The translations under genes and the position numbers were made by a program. DNA of 64,000 nt from Pelomyxa schiedti. Lineage: Eukaryota; Protista; Evosea. Below, piece after piece: positions 18,942-31,700 of this stretch. The stretch is taken from NCBI GenBank assembly GCA_020536535.1, contig JAHLWZ010000222.1, positions 186,001 to 250,000 on the forward strand, read 5' to 3'. The first letter of the stretch is position 1. Each line of letters starts with the position of its first letter. The notes below the pieces were generated by a model. That model was given only the letters and a program-made list of their open reading frames with translations. It made no database searches and had not been told where the DNA came from.

Positions 18942-20367
18942 TTAGGGCAGTTGCAAGTTGGACTTATCGAGTGTGAGGAAATAGGGGTGTTTAAGGGCCA
19001 CTCGGGCAGAAATTCGCCGCTCCGGCTGGTAGACAAGCATTGACTGAAGGGAGGTTAGTATACCAAACTTGTGTTGAGAGGTTCTACCTCCAGAAGGTTA
19101 ACTGCCGCAGGTTCGGCATTTGGAAAGACAGAAGAAAATGCAAGAGGTGGCCAAACAGGGAAGGAAACCTTGAAATCTGGAAGGTGACTTACACCAGGCC
19201 ACACACGCTCATTTGGGGTGCCAAGTAGCCTTGGATAAATTAGTGTTGTGAGTGAACCGGCATTACCTAAAAATCTGAAAGAGTTGATCAATCTCGGAGT
19301 CACCAGGGAATAGTGGTTGCTTCACAAGTAGTTCAGCAAATATCACACCTGTAGAGGGTGAGGTGAAAGTTTATTCTTCCCACCCAACCTGTGGACCAGA
19401 TGTCAACACTTGTACCGTAGTTTTGACTTCCCAGCAGAATTTCCGGTGCTCTGCGTGCTGTTACAATTCAAGACTTACAGAATTGGAGCACACCTGTACC
19501 ATAGAGTAATAACCTAAGAAGAAAGTTAAGAGACAATAAGGTAAGAAATGACATTTATACCTCATGTGTGTAAGCACGAAGAGGAATCCCAAATGCTCTG
19601 TACAGACTAAGGTTGGAAAATCACATGGCAATGTACCGCGCCAATCCAAAGTCTGCAAGTTTCAAGTTTCCAGCTCGGTCTATGAGTAAATTCTGTGGTT
19701 TCAGATCTCTGAAAAATCAGTTTATTAGGACTACTACTAAAGTCTACCTGTGAATGATTCGGTGGGAGTGACAGTAGTCAAGGCCGAGTAGAATTTGAAA
19801 AAGATAACTCTTCAATATGTTCAAAAAAAAAAAAGAAAAGGGAACAGGTACCTTAACTAGAGAGCCAGACACGACTTTTGAAGTGGATTCCATGTATTTT
19901 TTCAAGTCCTGGTCCAAGAACTCAAACACCAGATACAGCTTATTATTGCCACTTACCACATCACGCAAACTGTAAGTGCAGGGTGATTAAAAGAAGTGAC
20001 TGGAAACATTGAAGGCATACGTAACAATGTTGGGATGTCTGAGATCTCTCAAAAGTGCTATCTCTCGAATGGCAGTACTTGGAACACCTTCTTCATCTGC
20101 AGGATCCATTCTGATTTTCTTCATAGCTACGAACTCTCCTGTTTGCCTGTCTATTGCCTGCACATTTTTTGTTTAGTTAGGGGATTTTCAGAGTCATTTG
20201 CGCCAACAGTAGCACACAACCTTGAATACTATACCGTACGTTCCTTCCCCAAGTTTTTCCTCCTTTTGGTACCTCGTCATTGACTCCTCTCCATATTCGT
20301 GTGTTGTTGTATCCTCAGAAGTGAACGTTGTTTCGGCGGAGTTACGAGACGCATGTGACGTGGACAT
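18942..20367 (-). CDS. CDK1: Cyclin-dependent kinase, CDK1/CDK2 (cdc2) type
   Basis: [35 protein letters not shown] (intact PSTAIRE), [24 protein letters not shown]|[33 protein letters not shown]. An in-frame upstream ATG at 20367 adds 29 aa before the canonical Met at 20280. Confidence 0.93.
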
Positions 20368-20616
20368 CTCTGCACGAGATCAGGCTTCTCCCCAAACCAG
20401 GATGTGGTTGTCACACAGAGACGAAATGGTCGCTTGTATGCGCTAGATGACTTTTTTTTCTTTTTTTTAATCTTTTGAATGTATTCCCATGGCTGCTCGT
20501 GGCATGTGAGCAGGGGAATTGATGCGCCATCTTGATCGGGCCTCCACCGTTACTTGAAAGCTTCTTCCGAGATCTTGAATTTTGCAAACTGCAAGAGATC
20601 TCTTTTTACGTACGCA
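20368..20616. promoter_or_regulatory. Probable bidirectional promoter between the CDK and acyltransferase genes
   Basis: About 250 bp between divergent ATGs; position-based inference. Confidence 0.4.
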
Positions 20617-22098
20617 ATGTCGTCATCAAAGAGACCAATGGGTGGTGACGCGGTCAGTACAACACAGAGTGAACGTGAATTGGAGTGGTTGTCAGAGTGC
20701 GCGTTGGCGTTTTCTCGACCCGAGAGATCGCGTTGGAGTGCTGGGGAAATCACAAAGGTACCAGGCGAGGAGCGTTGTGCTTTGCAAAGGAGCAATTTTG
20801 ATTTGGCCACTTTGGGTTGATGAGGATTTTCGAATTCAATTCTCGAAGTCGGCAGTAAATCGAACGTCACGTTAACAGGTCGCCCTGTGCTGCGCCTTTG
20901 TGCTACCTGTAAGAGCTATTTTGCTTCTAGTTCTGCTGTTTGTATCTTGTGCAGTTGTCAAGATTGTCTCGTGGGCATCAAATTCCAGAAGGACTGTTGC
21001 CTGGTGCATGCGAGTATTCTCCTTGCTCTTCCTATGGTTATTTGGCTTCATGAATGTAAAGACCACCACGGCCAAGTCCAAGGTGTGCCTGTTGCACACA
21101 ATACCCTCTCCTCCAACCACAAAATAATTGCCACAGGTACCTAAAGAGGATGAATCCTCAGACTCAAGAGTGTTTGTGTGCAATCATTTGAGCTGGGTAG
21201 ACGTTCTATTGCTTTGGGCAACTGCAGATGTAACACCGGGATTTGTTGCTGAGGTATCTTGCACTAAGTAATTCCTACAAAACCCACTGATCACAGGCTC
21301 GCATCCGCAGATTGCCTGTGTTTGGTACACTTGGAGATGTGATGGATTGTGTGTGGGTGGACCGTCATTGTAGTGCTCCTTCTGGAATGGCAGGCATGCT
21401 AACACAGCGTGTCAACAAACCAGGCATGCTGCTGTTAATCCCCCCTCTTTGTGTTTGCTTTATTTATTTTTTTAACCAATCCTCTCAGATACACCCCCTT
21501 TGGTAAGAACAAATTAAATATGCATTGGCCCATTCATTCTTACTCTTTTGAGGTAGTGTTTCCTGAAGGAACATCAACCAATGGAAGATGTTTATGTATG
21601 TTCTCCTTAAATTGTTGAACCATTAAATTACCACGAATGTAGTGGCGTTTAAGACGGGAGTTTTTGTAAGTGCCCTACCGGTCAAGCCCGTTCTCATTAG
21701 GTGTGTTCTGGTCCTCCGTTTTAATATGCACTCATCTGGACTTAATGGGGCAGATATCCCTTTTCACACTACAGCCCCTGTTGGTGTACAACACCTGTCT
21801 GGCTCCATGTCTTGTGCCTTCTCACTCAGCCTGTAAATCACGTCGAGGTAAACGTACAACACATTAACCATTGCTCTAACATTTATTCAGGTGGAATACC
21901 TTTCAACATACATTCCATGTGAGGCCGAGAAGCAAGACCCAGCGCTGTTTGCCACAAACGTGCAACGTCTAATGGCTACTGCACTCAATGTGCCCATTGT
22001 CCATAAGACGTTCCAAGATAAAGTGAGGCACACTAAAGCTTCTAGTTCCTGTGTTGCTAATAGCCTTTCAGGAGAAGTATCAATCCTATCATCAGTGA
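20617..22098 (+). CDS. Lysophospholipid acyltransferase (LPCAT/LPEAT, PlsC family)
   Basis: N-terminal TM helix (VALCCAFVLPVRAILLLVLLFVSC), catalytic NHLSWVD (HxxxxD, 21182), VFPEGTSTNG (about 21555), GVFVSALPVKPVLIR, and C-terminal EYLSTYIPCEAEKQDPALFATNVQRLMATALNVP. Confidence 0.82.
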
Positions 22099-22222
22099 GA
22101 GGTAAAATTCAAAAGAACAACGCGGTTTTTTTCTTTTTTTCTTTTTCCCTCGTTTGACGATCGGATCTCTGAATCTTATCGGAATAAATCGCCCACTTTT
22201 CGGCGGTCAAAGAAAGGACAAA

Positions 22223-23386
22223 ATGTCGAACGGGGGAGTCGCCGTAGCGACACAAGGCGGCCACCAGGCAGCACAGCTAGAGAAGCACATAGCCACGATC
22301 GACGACATCCTCACCGCGTGCCTGCTCCACGTCTCCTCGGCGTGCGCCTCGTGCGGGGTGCGCACGCCCGCGCCGCTGCAGGACGCGATCGGCTCGGCGC
22401 TCGCCAACGTGGACACGGCGGTGCCCCCGGGGTCGCCGCCGGCCTGCAACACGACGCCGATCACGCGGGCCAAGATGGTGCTGCAGCGGGCGCGCCAGTT
22501 CGCCGACGCGATGCAGGAGCTGCCGCAGGCGTCGCCGTCGTTCGGCGCCGCGGCGGCGCGCGCCAAGCCCCAGCGGCGGCTGGACGAGGTCGCGGCGCTG
22601 GAGCAGGAGGCGGCCAGGCTGGACGCGACGATCGCCGAGACCAAGGCCAAGTGCCTGGAGCTGCACCGGACGCTGGCCGATACGCACGCGAGGCTCGGCG
22701 AGCAGTCGGGCGCGGGGGGCTCGGCGCCGCCCGGGGGCCTCGTGGCGTCGGGGGGCCCGGGGCTCGCCGTGGGGCTGCACGCCCGCTCCGAGTGCTCGCC
22801 GTCCCCGACGAGGAACCTCGAGGGGGGCGTGAGGACCAGCACGCCGCCCAACTCTCTGCCTCCTGTGACGAAGGCCAGGTCCTTGTCTTCTCCAAGTCTT
22901 CCTAAAGAGGGGCTGATAAAAGAAGGCGTCGTGGAAGAGCAACCTGCCGTATGGTTTCATCAATCTCTGTCTATTTTTTTTTTCTTTTTAACACCACTGT
23001 TGCTAAAATTCCAACTTCTTTGCTATATAATTATATTAGGCACAAGTTTAAACATGGCCACTTACTATTCACCCAGACAGAGACCGTGGAGCCAACTCCA
23101 ATCTCTCAGCAACAAGATATCGCGCGAGATCCCACACCTGACGCTGTTGACGTTGACACTGTTGCAACTGATACACAACAGGAGCATACACTGGCATTGA
23201 TCCACACTGCTGCCATGGTAATACAACTGATTAGTGTATTGAGAGTGGTGTTCTGACCATTTTTCCTTCCCGCAGTTGCTTGAAGAAATCATGGAAGATG
23301 GGCGCAAGATCAAGATCCTTGATGTAATGCAGCACATTGACGATGATCTGGTACTCTCCTCTCGTTACTACTCGATGATGTTTTGA
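22223..23386 (+). CDS. Coiled-coil protein; N-terminal half weakly resembles Mediator subunit Med21
   Basis: GC-rich first exon: AQLEKHIATIDDILTACL...MVLQRARQFADAMQELP...RLDEVAALEQEAARLDATIAETKAKCLELHRTLAD. Helix spacing recalls Med21 but is not decisive. 3' exons inferred. Confidence 0.5.
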
Positions 23387-23858
23387 CAGTTGATAGCAGC
23401 AGAAGAGCCACAAGACACCGGCATTTATGAAAATATTCGATTCTTGAGAGAAGTAGCCAGCAACACCACTGGCGTCGGGAATTCCTGTTTCTTTTAGAAT
23501 TAACATAGAATAGTTTTTACTTCTTCCCTTTTAAATGAAATGAATGGTATCCTCCTTGCCATTTCAGTCAACCATCACTTCTTGGAAGACGAAACATCCA
23601 AAAAAAACAAAAGAATCGGTATTAAAATTAACAGGCGCCGAGATGCAACGGGGTATTGATCGCGACCATTATTCGTTGACGTAAACAACCACTTATTCCG
23701 GTGCCCTTCCAGCACTTAATAGCAGAAAGAAACTCCTCAAACTCAATGTCACGTGTGCTCCAGCGCCGGCAGCTAATTCTGCGCCTAAATCAACCACAAC
23801 CAATGCCACAACGGACCAACGACCACCACCCAAAAAAGCGATCAAAAAACCTGCCAAA

Positions 23859-24439
23859 ATGAATGCGCCTTCTGCATCCAGCACCACACCGACAACAACT
23901 TCAAGTGGAAGTGCGAGTGCCATACCACCAAAACCAGTGAACAAGAGAAAAGAAAGACAAAAGGAAAAAAGGAAGAACGCCAAAATGGCGGCGGCCAAGG
24001 TCAACGCACCCGCACTTGCAGCGGTCTCAAAGGCTGCGGACACAAAGTCGGCTGAGGAGGAGATTTTTGCGATATTCTCTGCTGGGAAGCAGGAGAAGAA
24101 GAGACTGGAGGAAGAAAAAAAAGTTCAGGAGGAGCAAGAACAAGAGGAGAAAAGGAAAAAGCAAAGGGCCACGAGGCGAAGTTCTGCCGGACCAAGAACT
24201 ACCTTCGATGATCTCAATGAGGGAGAATCGACGAGAAAAGTTACATCTGATGGAATGAAGATATACACACCGGAAGAACTTGGACTTGGAAAAGGAGGAG
24301 GTACGAATCGCGTATTAATATTGGTACTATAGAAATGTGGGTGGCAGTGGAGATCATGTGTACAACATATTTGTATTTATTTACACTCTTTGAATTAGAT
24401 ACCCCGCTATGCCCCTTTGATTGCGATTGCTGCTTCTGA
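23859..24439 (+). CDS. DUF1764 family protein (Lys/Glu-rich, C-terminal CPFDCDCCF)
   Basis: Spliced C-terminus RKVTSDGMKIYTPEELGLGKGG|DTPLCPFDCDCCF* is the DUF1764 signature; one GT-AG intron at about 24301-24398. Confidence 0.78.
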
Positions 24440-24524
24440 TGAGAACCAAAATCTGATTTTGTCTTTAAAAAAAAAATTACACATAGCATGCCTACCAATA
24501 CCTTTTTATGACTCCTTTATGAGT

Positions 24525-26084
24525 TCAGTGAGAATGTTTGTTGAAGAAGTCCAGTATTTGCGTAGCTCTCACAGGGTCTGTTATTTGCACATGTAATTGA
24601 GCAGCCACATTTTCCTTCACCCACTTTTTTGGGAAGCCATGAGCATCACCCTTTACTCTTTTTGTAAATGGGGGTCCTATCTGCAAGACCAGGCATTGTT
24701 GTATTTGTTCATCAAGTGCCACGTAACTAACCATGTTATCAGTTGAAACAGTAAAACCCAAGTAGTGAACTCACAAGGTCAGGAAATCCATCGAGAGTGG
24801 CTGCTCACAAACCAGAAGGAACACTGAAATGTTGTGAGTGTAAATGTAACAAACCACGGTTGTTCTGAAAAAAACGGGAGCTGATAAATACACACAGTCT
24901 TGGTCCTTTGATTTTGCATTTAGAAAATTGCTGAATGCAGCATCAGCATGCTTTGTGAAAGCGGCAATACCCTCACTGTGGTGGTGATAAACAAAGACAT
25001 GGGTGAATTCCTGCTTTTCCCGCAGGCCGTCAAAAGCATCAGCATATGTCTGGAACAATTCTGGGTCATTGCACTCAAGTAGATACCAGCCTCCACGTTG
25101 TATCTGTACATGTGATAGAGACTGTGGCAGTCCCTGTGTTTGCGAAGCATCAGTGTGGAGTTCTTCTGGGGGTGAGGATGTAGTGCCTGAACAAGTCGTT
25201 GTTGTAGTTGCTGTTGTAGTGGATATAGGTGTGGTGTTGGTGGTTGAACTCTGAGTGAAAATTGATGTGGGTGGTGAGCTGCCAGTTACAAGGTCGTCAT
25301 TGCCTACAATAATAGGAGCTTCCTGAGATAAATACTTTGGCTTGGCCGACTGTGGAGGTGGAGCAGGGCGCATACAGCGGCTCTGTACTGCAACTGACAT
25401 CGACAGTGCTTGCGTTTGTGGTTGTGGTTGTGACTGTGTTTGCGGCTGTGGTTGTGGTTGTGACATTGATAGCTGTGCCTGTGGTTGTTGTTGCGGTTGT
25501 TGTTGCGGTTGTGATTGTGATATAGATTGTGACTGTGGCTGCGAGTGCATTTCAGTGAAGGGGAGGGAAAGGGACTGAGCGTGGGCGTGGGAATAGGGGG
25601 AAGACAAACAAGCAGGAGGGGAAGTAGAAGCGGCGGAGGGGGAGTTGGAAGGAGAAGGGGGCTTGGGCGTGGCCGGCGGCGTGGGGGTGAACAGGTGGGA
25701 GGACGCCGTCGTGACCTGCTCGCACGACACGTAGCGGTGGTGCCGCCGGGCGTCGGGCCCCACGCTGGGGCACGGGCACGACGCGCCCCCGACGCTCGCC
25801 AGCTCCCCGCACACCAGCACCGACACCACCCTGCTGTCCTGCCCCGGCTCCGGCTGCTGCTGCTGGTTCTGCTGGTGCGCCCCCGTGTCGCCCCCGCTGC
25901 TGGTTGCGGTGGCGGCTGTGGGTTTGACGGCGGCGGCGGCTCCGGGGAGTCCCAGGGGGCGGGTGGCGCGGGGAGCGGGGGCCGGGGCGGGCTTTGGGGC
26001 GCTGGCCAGGGCGAGGGTCTGCGGCTGGGGCTGGGGCTGGGGCATGCCTTGGATCACAGGGAGCTCGTTGGTGCGCGACGTCAT
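24525..26084 (-). CDS. Hypothetical protein: P/Q/S/T low-complexity N-terminus, globular C-terminal domain of unknown family
   Basis: 437-aa ORF plus terminal exon (GFTVSTDNMVSYVALDEQIQQCLVLQIGPPF...DFFNKHSH*). Confidence 0.62.
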
Positions 26085-26222
26085 CGGTAGCCAAGCGCCG
26101 TTTGTGAAACTTTGCCAAACGAAGGGTCAAAGTGATGAAATTAGCCGGCATCATTTTGTTTTTTTTCGTTGGTTTTTTGCGAAGGAAGTGGTTGGTAAAG
26201 TTAGACGCGTTTAGGATCTCCA

Positions 26223-28571
26223 CTACATAGAGAGCCATGCAATCAGAGGCAGTCGTTCCTTGCCGGCGAGATGGTTGTTGATCCACGCTGAAACCGGCAT
26301 TTCAGCAGGTACAACCTTGGTCCCTGCTATCTGAAGAAGCCATAGGGTTGTCTCCAGAGCGCCCTGCTGTGCGGCGCGTTGTATCAGATGGTTAATAGGT
26401 TTATCACCAGAGAATGGCGGTTCAGTGGACCGGGTCAGCAGCCAGTTCTTGAGCTGAAAGTGACTCACAACCCACTGCGCGGCTTCTAGCCTGTCATCCA
26501 TGATGACCAGGGTTTCAAGAATCTTTAATACAGCTGATTTAGATTTCGCTTCCTGTGAGGCATCAATGGCGGGTAGATCTCCGTATATCTGGATAAAGGC
26601 CTGAAGGCCGGAGAGGGAACGGGTGCTGTAGTCTGAAATTAGGTACCAAAAAAGTTCCGGTTGTGGTGGTAAGGACAAGGATTGAGCACCGAAGGTGGAT
26701 AGCACCCATATTGCTCCCTCTGTACAACTCCTTGAGAGGCAGACTCTTACAATACTTCGTACTTCTTCCGGGCTGAATGATGGTGTTCCAAATTTCTTGG
26801 CGGCCCACTTCCATGTGGGAAGAGTGTCGGATGAAAGGTGGATCTTCAGGTTACGAGAGTTGATAATAATAACTCCTCCACGTGAAGCTAGATACTTTGC
26901 TGCTTTTAGATTCCCTTGGTTGATACAGTCTGTGAGTAACTGTGAGATATTCTGAGTGAAGGAGGGAGATGTTGGAGCAAGAAGATTATCAATGGCCCAC
27001 TCGATGTCTTCTGCACTCATAGCAAAGCAGCTATTAAAAAGTTCCGTGGCGTGTTCCGAGCCTTTTTCTGGAACTCTAAACTGCATGTTGATCCATCTAA
27101 CGATGTTGCCGTTGCCTGATTTACATGCCTCCAGTTGGATACTTTGTAGAATATCTTTGTCTGTAACAGAAAACCTATTTATGAGCCATTGCAAAGATGG
27201 GAGGTTTCCGATTGCGGCACAGCATTTTAGATTTGCTAGAGTAACAACACTATCATGGCGGAGCGAAAGTATCAGTTCAATTATTTCAGTATTTCCTGTG
27301 TGACTTGCTCTGAGAAGGGAGTCCTGCAGAGCCCAATGAGAAAAGCCTTCTGCACAAACATCGATGACGTATCGGACAACTTGAACGTTTCCGGAAGAAC
27401 AAGCCGCTAGAAGTGCTTTATTGTTGACGAAAACTTCGTTAAGTGAGCTAGTCAAAAGTGCACGGACTACACCCAGGTTTCCACTTGCACAAGCACCAAC
27501 TACTGCATAAATGATATTTTGCTGTAATAGGTGCGGCAATGGATGTTCATGTAGATATGATTGCACAAACTCTGGGTTGTTATGCATTGCTACTAATTGC
27601 AGTTCTTCTGGTTCAAGATAAGGCACATGGAAAAGAGAAGAAACCCAGCTTACCAGCTGATCATTTGAACTTGTTAGGCTGGCTCTGTTTAATCGCCCTC
27701 TTAGAGATGGTGTTGGCATACCAACACAGCCTGCGTTTGCCGCAAGCCACTTACACAAATATAGGTAGCCCCCTTCACAGGCGCCTATTAGGGCATCCCA
27801 GTCGCAGCAAGACAGGTCATCTCCAGTTAGTTTGAATGCTGCAGCAAGCCACTTTGCCGTAGGCAAATGTCCTCCTGCACAGCACCACCTTAGGCAGGCA
27901 CACATTCCACTGCGAGCATTATCAATCGACAATGCAAAGGAAACCTTGGCCCACATGGCAAACAAAAGGTGTCCACCTTGGCAGCACAGTTGCAGTACGC
28001 GATCTTTCAATAATTTGGAGCAGACCACACCCCAATTATAGTGGGAATCAGGGACCACAGCAGTAGGAGCCAGCAGGAAGGGAACGTGATTGGTACTAGT
28101 ACATAATTGTAGGGACCTGACTATCCATCGTGCCAGTCTGAGAGACCCACAACTGGATGCCACACACAAAACAGCACATGGATCCTGAAGAACCTCCACC
28201 AGGTACTGACCGCACTTTGCTGTAAGTTCTGGCCATACTTCAGCTATAATACACAGTGCACGGTAATACTGGAACTCTGATGATTCTTTCCATTTCCTAT
28301 CGAAACAAGCATTGAAAAAGACAACACCTCATGTAGTTACTTTCTCGATAAGAGCATGAAACCCAGAAAAAAAAAAAATCCCATAGAGACCAACAGCTCA
28401 CTTGAGTTTAGCAAAAAGTCGCCGGTGTATATCGGAGTTGTGAGCTATGAACCGCCAAAAGACACAGTCCTCAGCGTCAGGGTCCAACTGAAAATACTTG
28501 GGCGTCACAACTCCCCACACCACTTGCTCAATTACGCCACTTGCACAACAACTCCGGCTAACACTTGCCAT
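26223..28571 (-). CDS. Ankyrin-like repeat protein (lineage-expanded family)
   Basis: Repeated LxxAC..G.L..(V/A)xWL units (ALIGACEGGYLYLCKWL; VVGACASGNLGVVRAL; LLAACSSGNVQVVRYV; QLEACKSGNGNIVRWI). Exon 1 MASVSRSCC...EQVVWGVVTP at 28571, one intron, then a single exon of about 2 kb. Confidence 0.78.
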
Positions 28572-28742
28572 GGTTTTTGGAGAAAGAGCAAAGGAGGTCG
28601 AAGAATGGAAACAAAGTTTGTTTTTTTTCTTGTTTGGATGCGTTTTTAGAATCTAGAGCTCCCAAATAATGATACCTCTTGTGTCGGTTTACTTGCTTAC
28701 ATACCCTGTGTAAAAAGTGAGCAAGAACGGTTAGAGCAGTGA

Positions 28743-31700
28743 TTAGATAGGTATTACCTTCTTGTCAGTAGAGGGTTTGTAGCGGTCCCAGTTTGAGTCC
28801 TTCTGGTTAGCCATTTGTGGGTTGGGGTCTCGGGATGACCTTCTCTTTGGTGGAGACCGTGACCTTGAATTGGAACGTGACCTTGACCTTGAACTTGCAG
28901 TCGCAGTGGCAGTGGCAGTTGTACTTGTACCCATTGACCACCCTGACACATTCGGCTGAACTGAGTGCAGGGAAGGCTGCTGTTGCTGCTGCTGTTGCGG
29001 CATAGGCGGGTATGCTTTGTTTGTTGGTTCCGAGGGCTGATATGACCTCCTTGGGGACCTTGACCTAGAACGGGCTGGTGAAGGGCTGCGAGCACTTGTC
29101 GATGGGGGTGGTGCGTTTACTGGTGCACCTGGAGGGCCAGCACTCCACCCAGAAGTTCTAGGCTGTTGCTCTGGTGGGCCCCTTTTGTCAAACTGGCTCC
29201 TGTGTTCGTACTGTGATCTCTCCTCGCCTCCGCGGTCTTTGTGTTCATGCTGTCGATCTCTTGGCCTGTCATAGTCTCTGTCTTTGTTTCTATCTCTATC
29301 CCTTTCACTCCGATCGCGGTCTCTATCACTCCTATCGTGGTCCCTATCTCTATTCCTGTCCCTATCTCGATCTCTATCCCTATCACGATCGCGGTCGCGG
29401 TCGCGGTCATGATCACGATCCCTGTCTCGGTCCCTGTCTCTATCGCGGTCATAATCTCCACCCTCAGCTTCATCCTTAGAAAGAATAAGGGAAGACATGT
29501 GAACGTTTCTCATACCGCTCCCCAGGATGGCCGGCCCCTGCCCCTTCCACGTCCAAATCCAAATCCTCTTCCTCTTCCTCTGCCATCATCATTCCATCCT
29601 GAAATGAAATAAGAAAAACCATTGTTCAGGAAAAGAGGAAATACCACCACGCCCAGCACCATCACCTGGAAATTGGGGAGGTCCGCCTCGCCCTATTGAC
29701 AAGTTAGCAGTCAGGTCAAAAATTGGCACCTACCTCTCCCTCTTCCACCGGTGTTGGCCCTGTCTATTGTAACTTGCTTCCCCATCACATTGGTACCATT
29801 CAGTTCCACTAATCAAAAAATAAGTAAGGAATTAAAGAATTGTCTTTTACATGCAGCTGTTGCCTCTTCTTCAGAAAAGAATTCCAAGAAGCCACATCTC
29901 TTAAATTCACTGAGCTAATTTAGTGTCCAAAAGTTTCGATACAAATTAGTGTACCCAGTAACTTTGTCTTTATGCCAGCGTATATCCTTTACCTTACCCA
30001 CTTTGGCAAATAACTGATGAATTGCGTTATCTTCAATGTTCTCAGGAACGTTTCCAATGAAAAGTGTTGTCCCACTCTGCTCTTGTGCTAAACGTTGGCG
30101 ATGGAATTTAATGAGACGATGAAAATGACAACAAAAATTGAGAAAGTGCAATCAAGGGCATAAAGGGAACGGGACAATTTGAGAAGAGGGAGAGAGTCTG
30201 TGTTTGCAAACCAATTATGCGATGTGTGTTCAGGATATCATTCCTTGGTGTGTGTGAGAGTGATCGTGTAGGAAATTGTAGACAGGGAAAGTATAAAACC
30301 TCGATTAGGTCCTCTGGGTCCGCTTCTATCATCCATCTGCCTGGGAGGTCCCATGAAGCCACCGCCAGAAGAACCACCAAAGCCACCCTGAGAACCAGAA
30401 CCACCAAAACCACCAGAAGAAAAGCCACCCCGCCCACCTGGCTTTGTATGGCTATACTGAACTTTAATGTTGCGGCCAAAGAGAGTGGAGCCATTCATAG
30501 AAACAGCATTACTGGCGCCTTTGGGATCCATAAATTCGATGAATGCAAAGCTAACCAGTGTTAGGGTGCTTTCTGACTTTCACTGTTTCGGTACCCTTTA
30601 AAATCCCCAGTTGCCTTATCAGTTTGCCAGCTGATGTGCTTCACAGGTCCACAATCAGTAGAAAAAGTTTCTCGGACAGTCTCCTCATCCATTTTGAAGG
30701 GAAGGTTGCCAACATAAACTGTTGTTGTTGACTCCACTCCTGGGGTCTATTAATAGATGGTCAGTTACTGCATTAAACCCTCTTCCATTAACGGGTATTA
30801 CCTGTTGCATGTTAGGAGCTCCTTGGTCAAAAGGCATCTAAAGGGTGATTAGGTATAATGACGTTGGTAGGAGGGAGATACCTGTGGAAAAGCTCCAGGT
30901 GGATATCCCTGTGGTGGGTACTGTGGATATTGTTGAAATTGTGCTGGGTATTGATAAAAGGGGGGGCCAGAGGGGTTTCCTGGAACTGGGTTTGGCCTTT
31001 GGGACGGCATTCCTTCAGGTCCTGCAGTCGCCTGTGGTTGGGTACCGGATGCAGGCTCTGCACTTGGTGGTGGTACTTGTGCGTTTGTTGGAGCGCCTTG
31101 CGGTACGTTGTCTGTTGGTTGAGCAGGTTTAGACTGTGCCCCTTGCATTTGTTGCATTTGGTATTGTTGAACGCGCGTTTGCCAATCCCAGTATGCGTAC
31201 CACTCGGCGTTGATCTCTTCCTTAGGAAAAAGTTAGAATGAGAGTTGTGTGCAAAGGGGGGGGGAAAAACACATAGAACTACTTGAGTTTTTTGGGGCTG
31301 AGCGCCTCCTTCAGGGGCCTGCTTCTGAGAGGGATCCGTGGTATGTGATGGTTGTGATTGTGGGGCAGAGTCCGGCGAAGTCTGCTGCTGTTGATTCGAT
31401 TGGGGCTGTCCTTGTTGTGTTTGCGCCTGTGGCATTTGTTGTTGTGACTGGCCTTGCTGGGTAGACTGAGGTTGCCCTGGCTGTGATGGCGCCTGTTGCT
31501 GCTGGCCCGTTTGGGACGAGTTTTGCATCATCTGCAACTGCGCCATTCTCTGTTGCTCGTAGTAAGCAGCCCACTGCGCTTGAATTACCTCCTGAGGTGA
31601 TTTCGCGCCAGGGTCGGCGGGGGCGGCGCCGCCTCCGCGGCCCTGAGGCGCCGATGGCGAGGCGGCGCTTACGGCGGAGCCAGGAGATTGTTGATGCTGC

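Noticed and set aside
20222-20446. ORF listed as '-' in the track ([10 protein letters not shown]...)
   Set aside because: The translation matches the + strand and is the antisense shadow of CDK exon 1; the label appears wrong and it is not a gene.
22207-22963. Multiple long overlapping ORFs on both strands
   Set aside because: Expected from stop-codon scarcity in very GC-rich DNA; the same applies at 14000-15000, 25300-26300 and 34800-35400.
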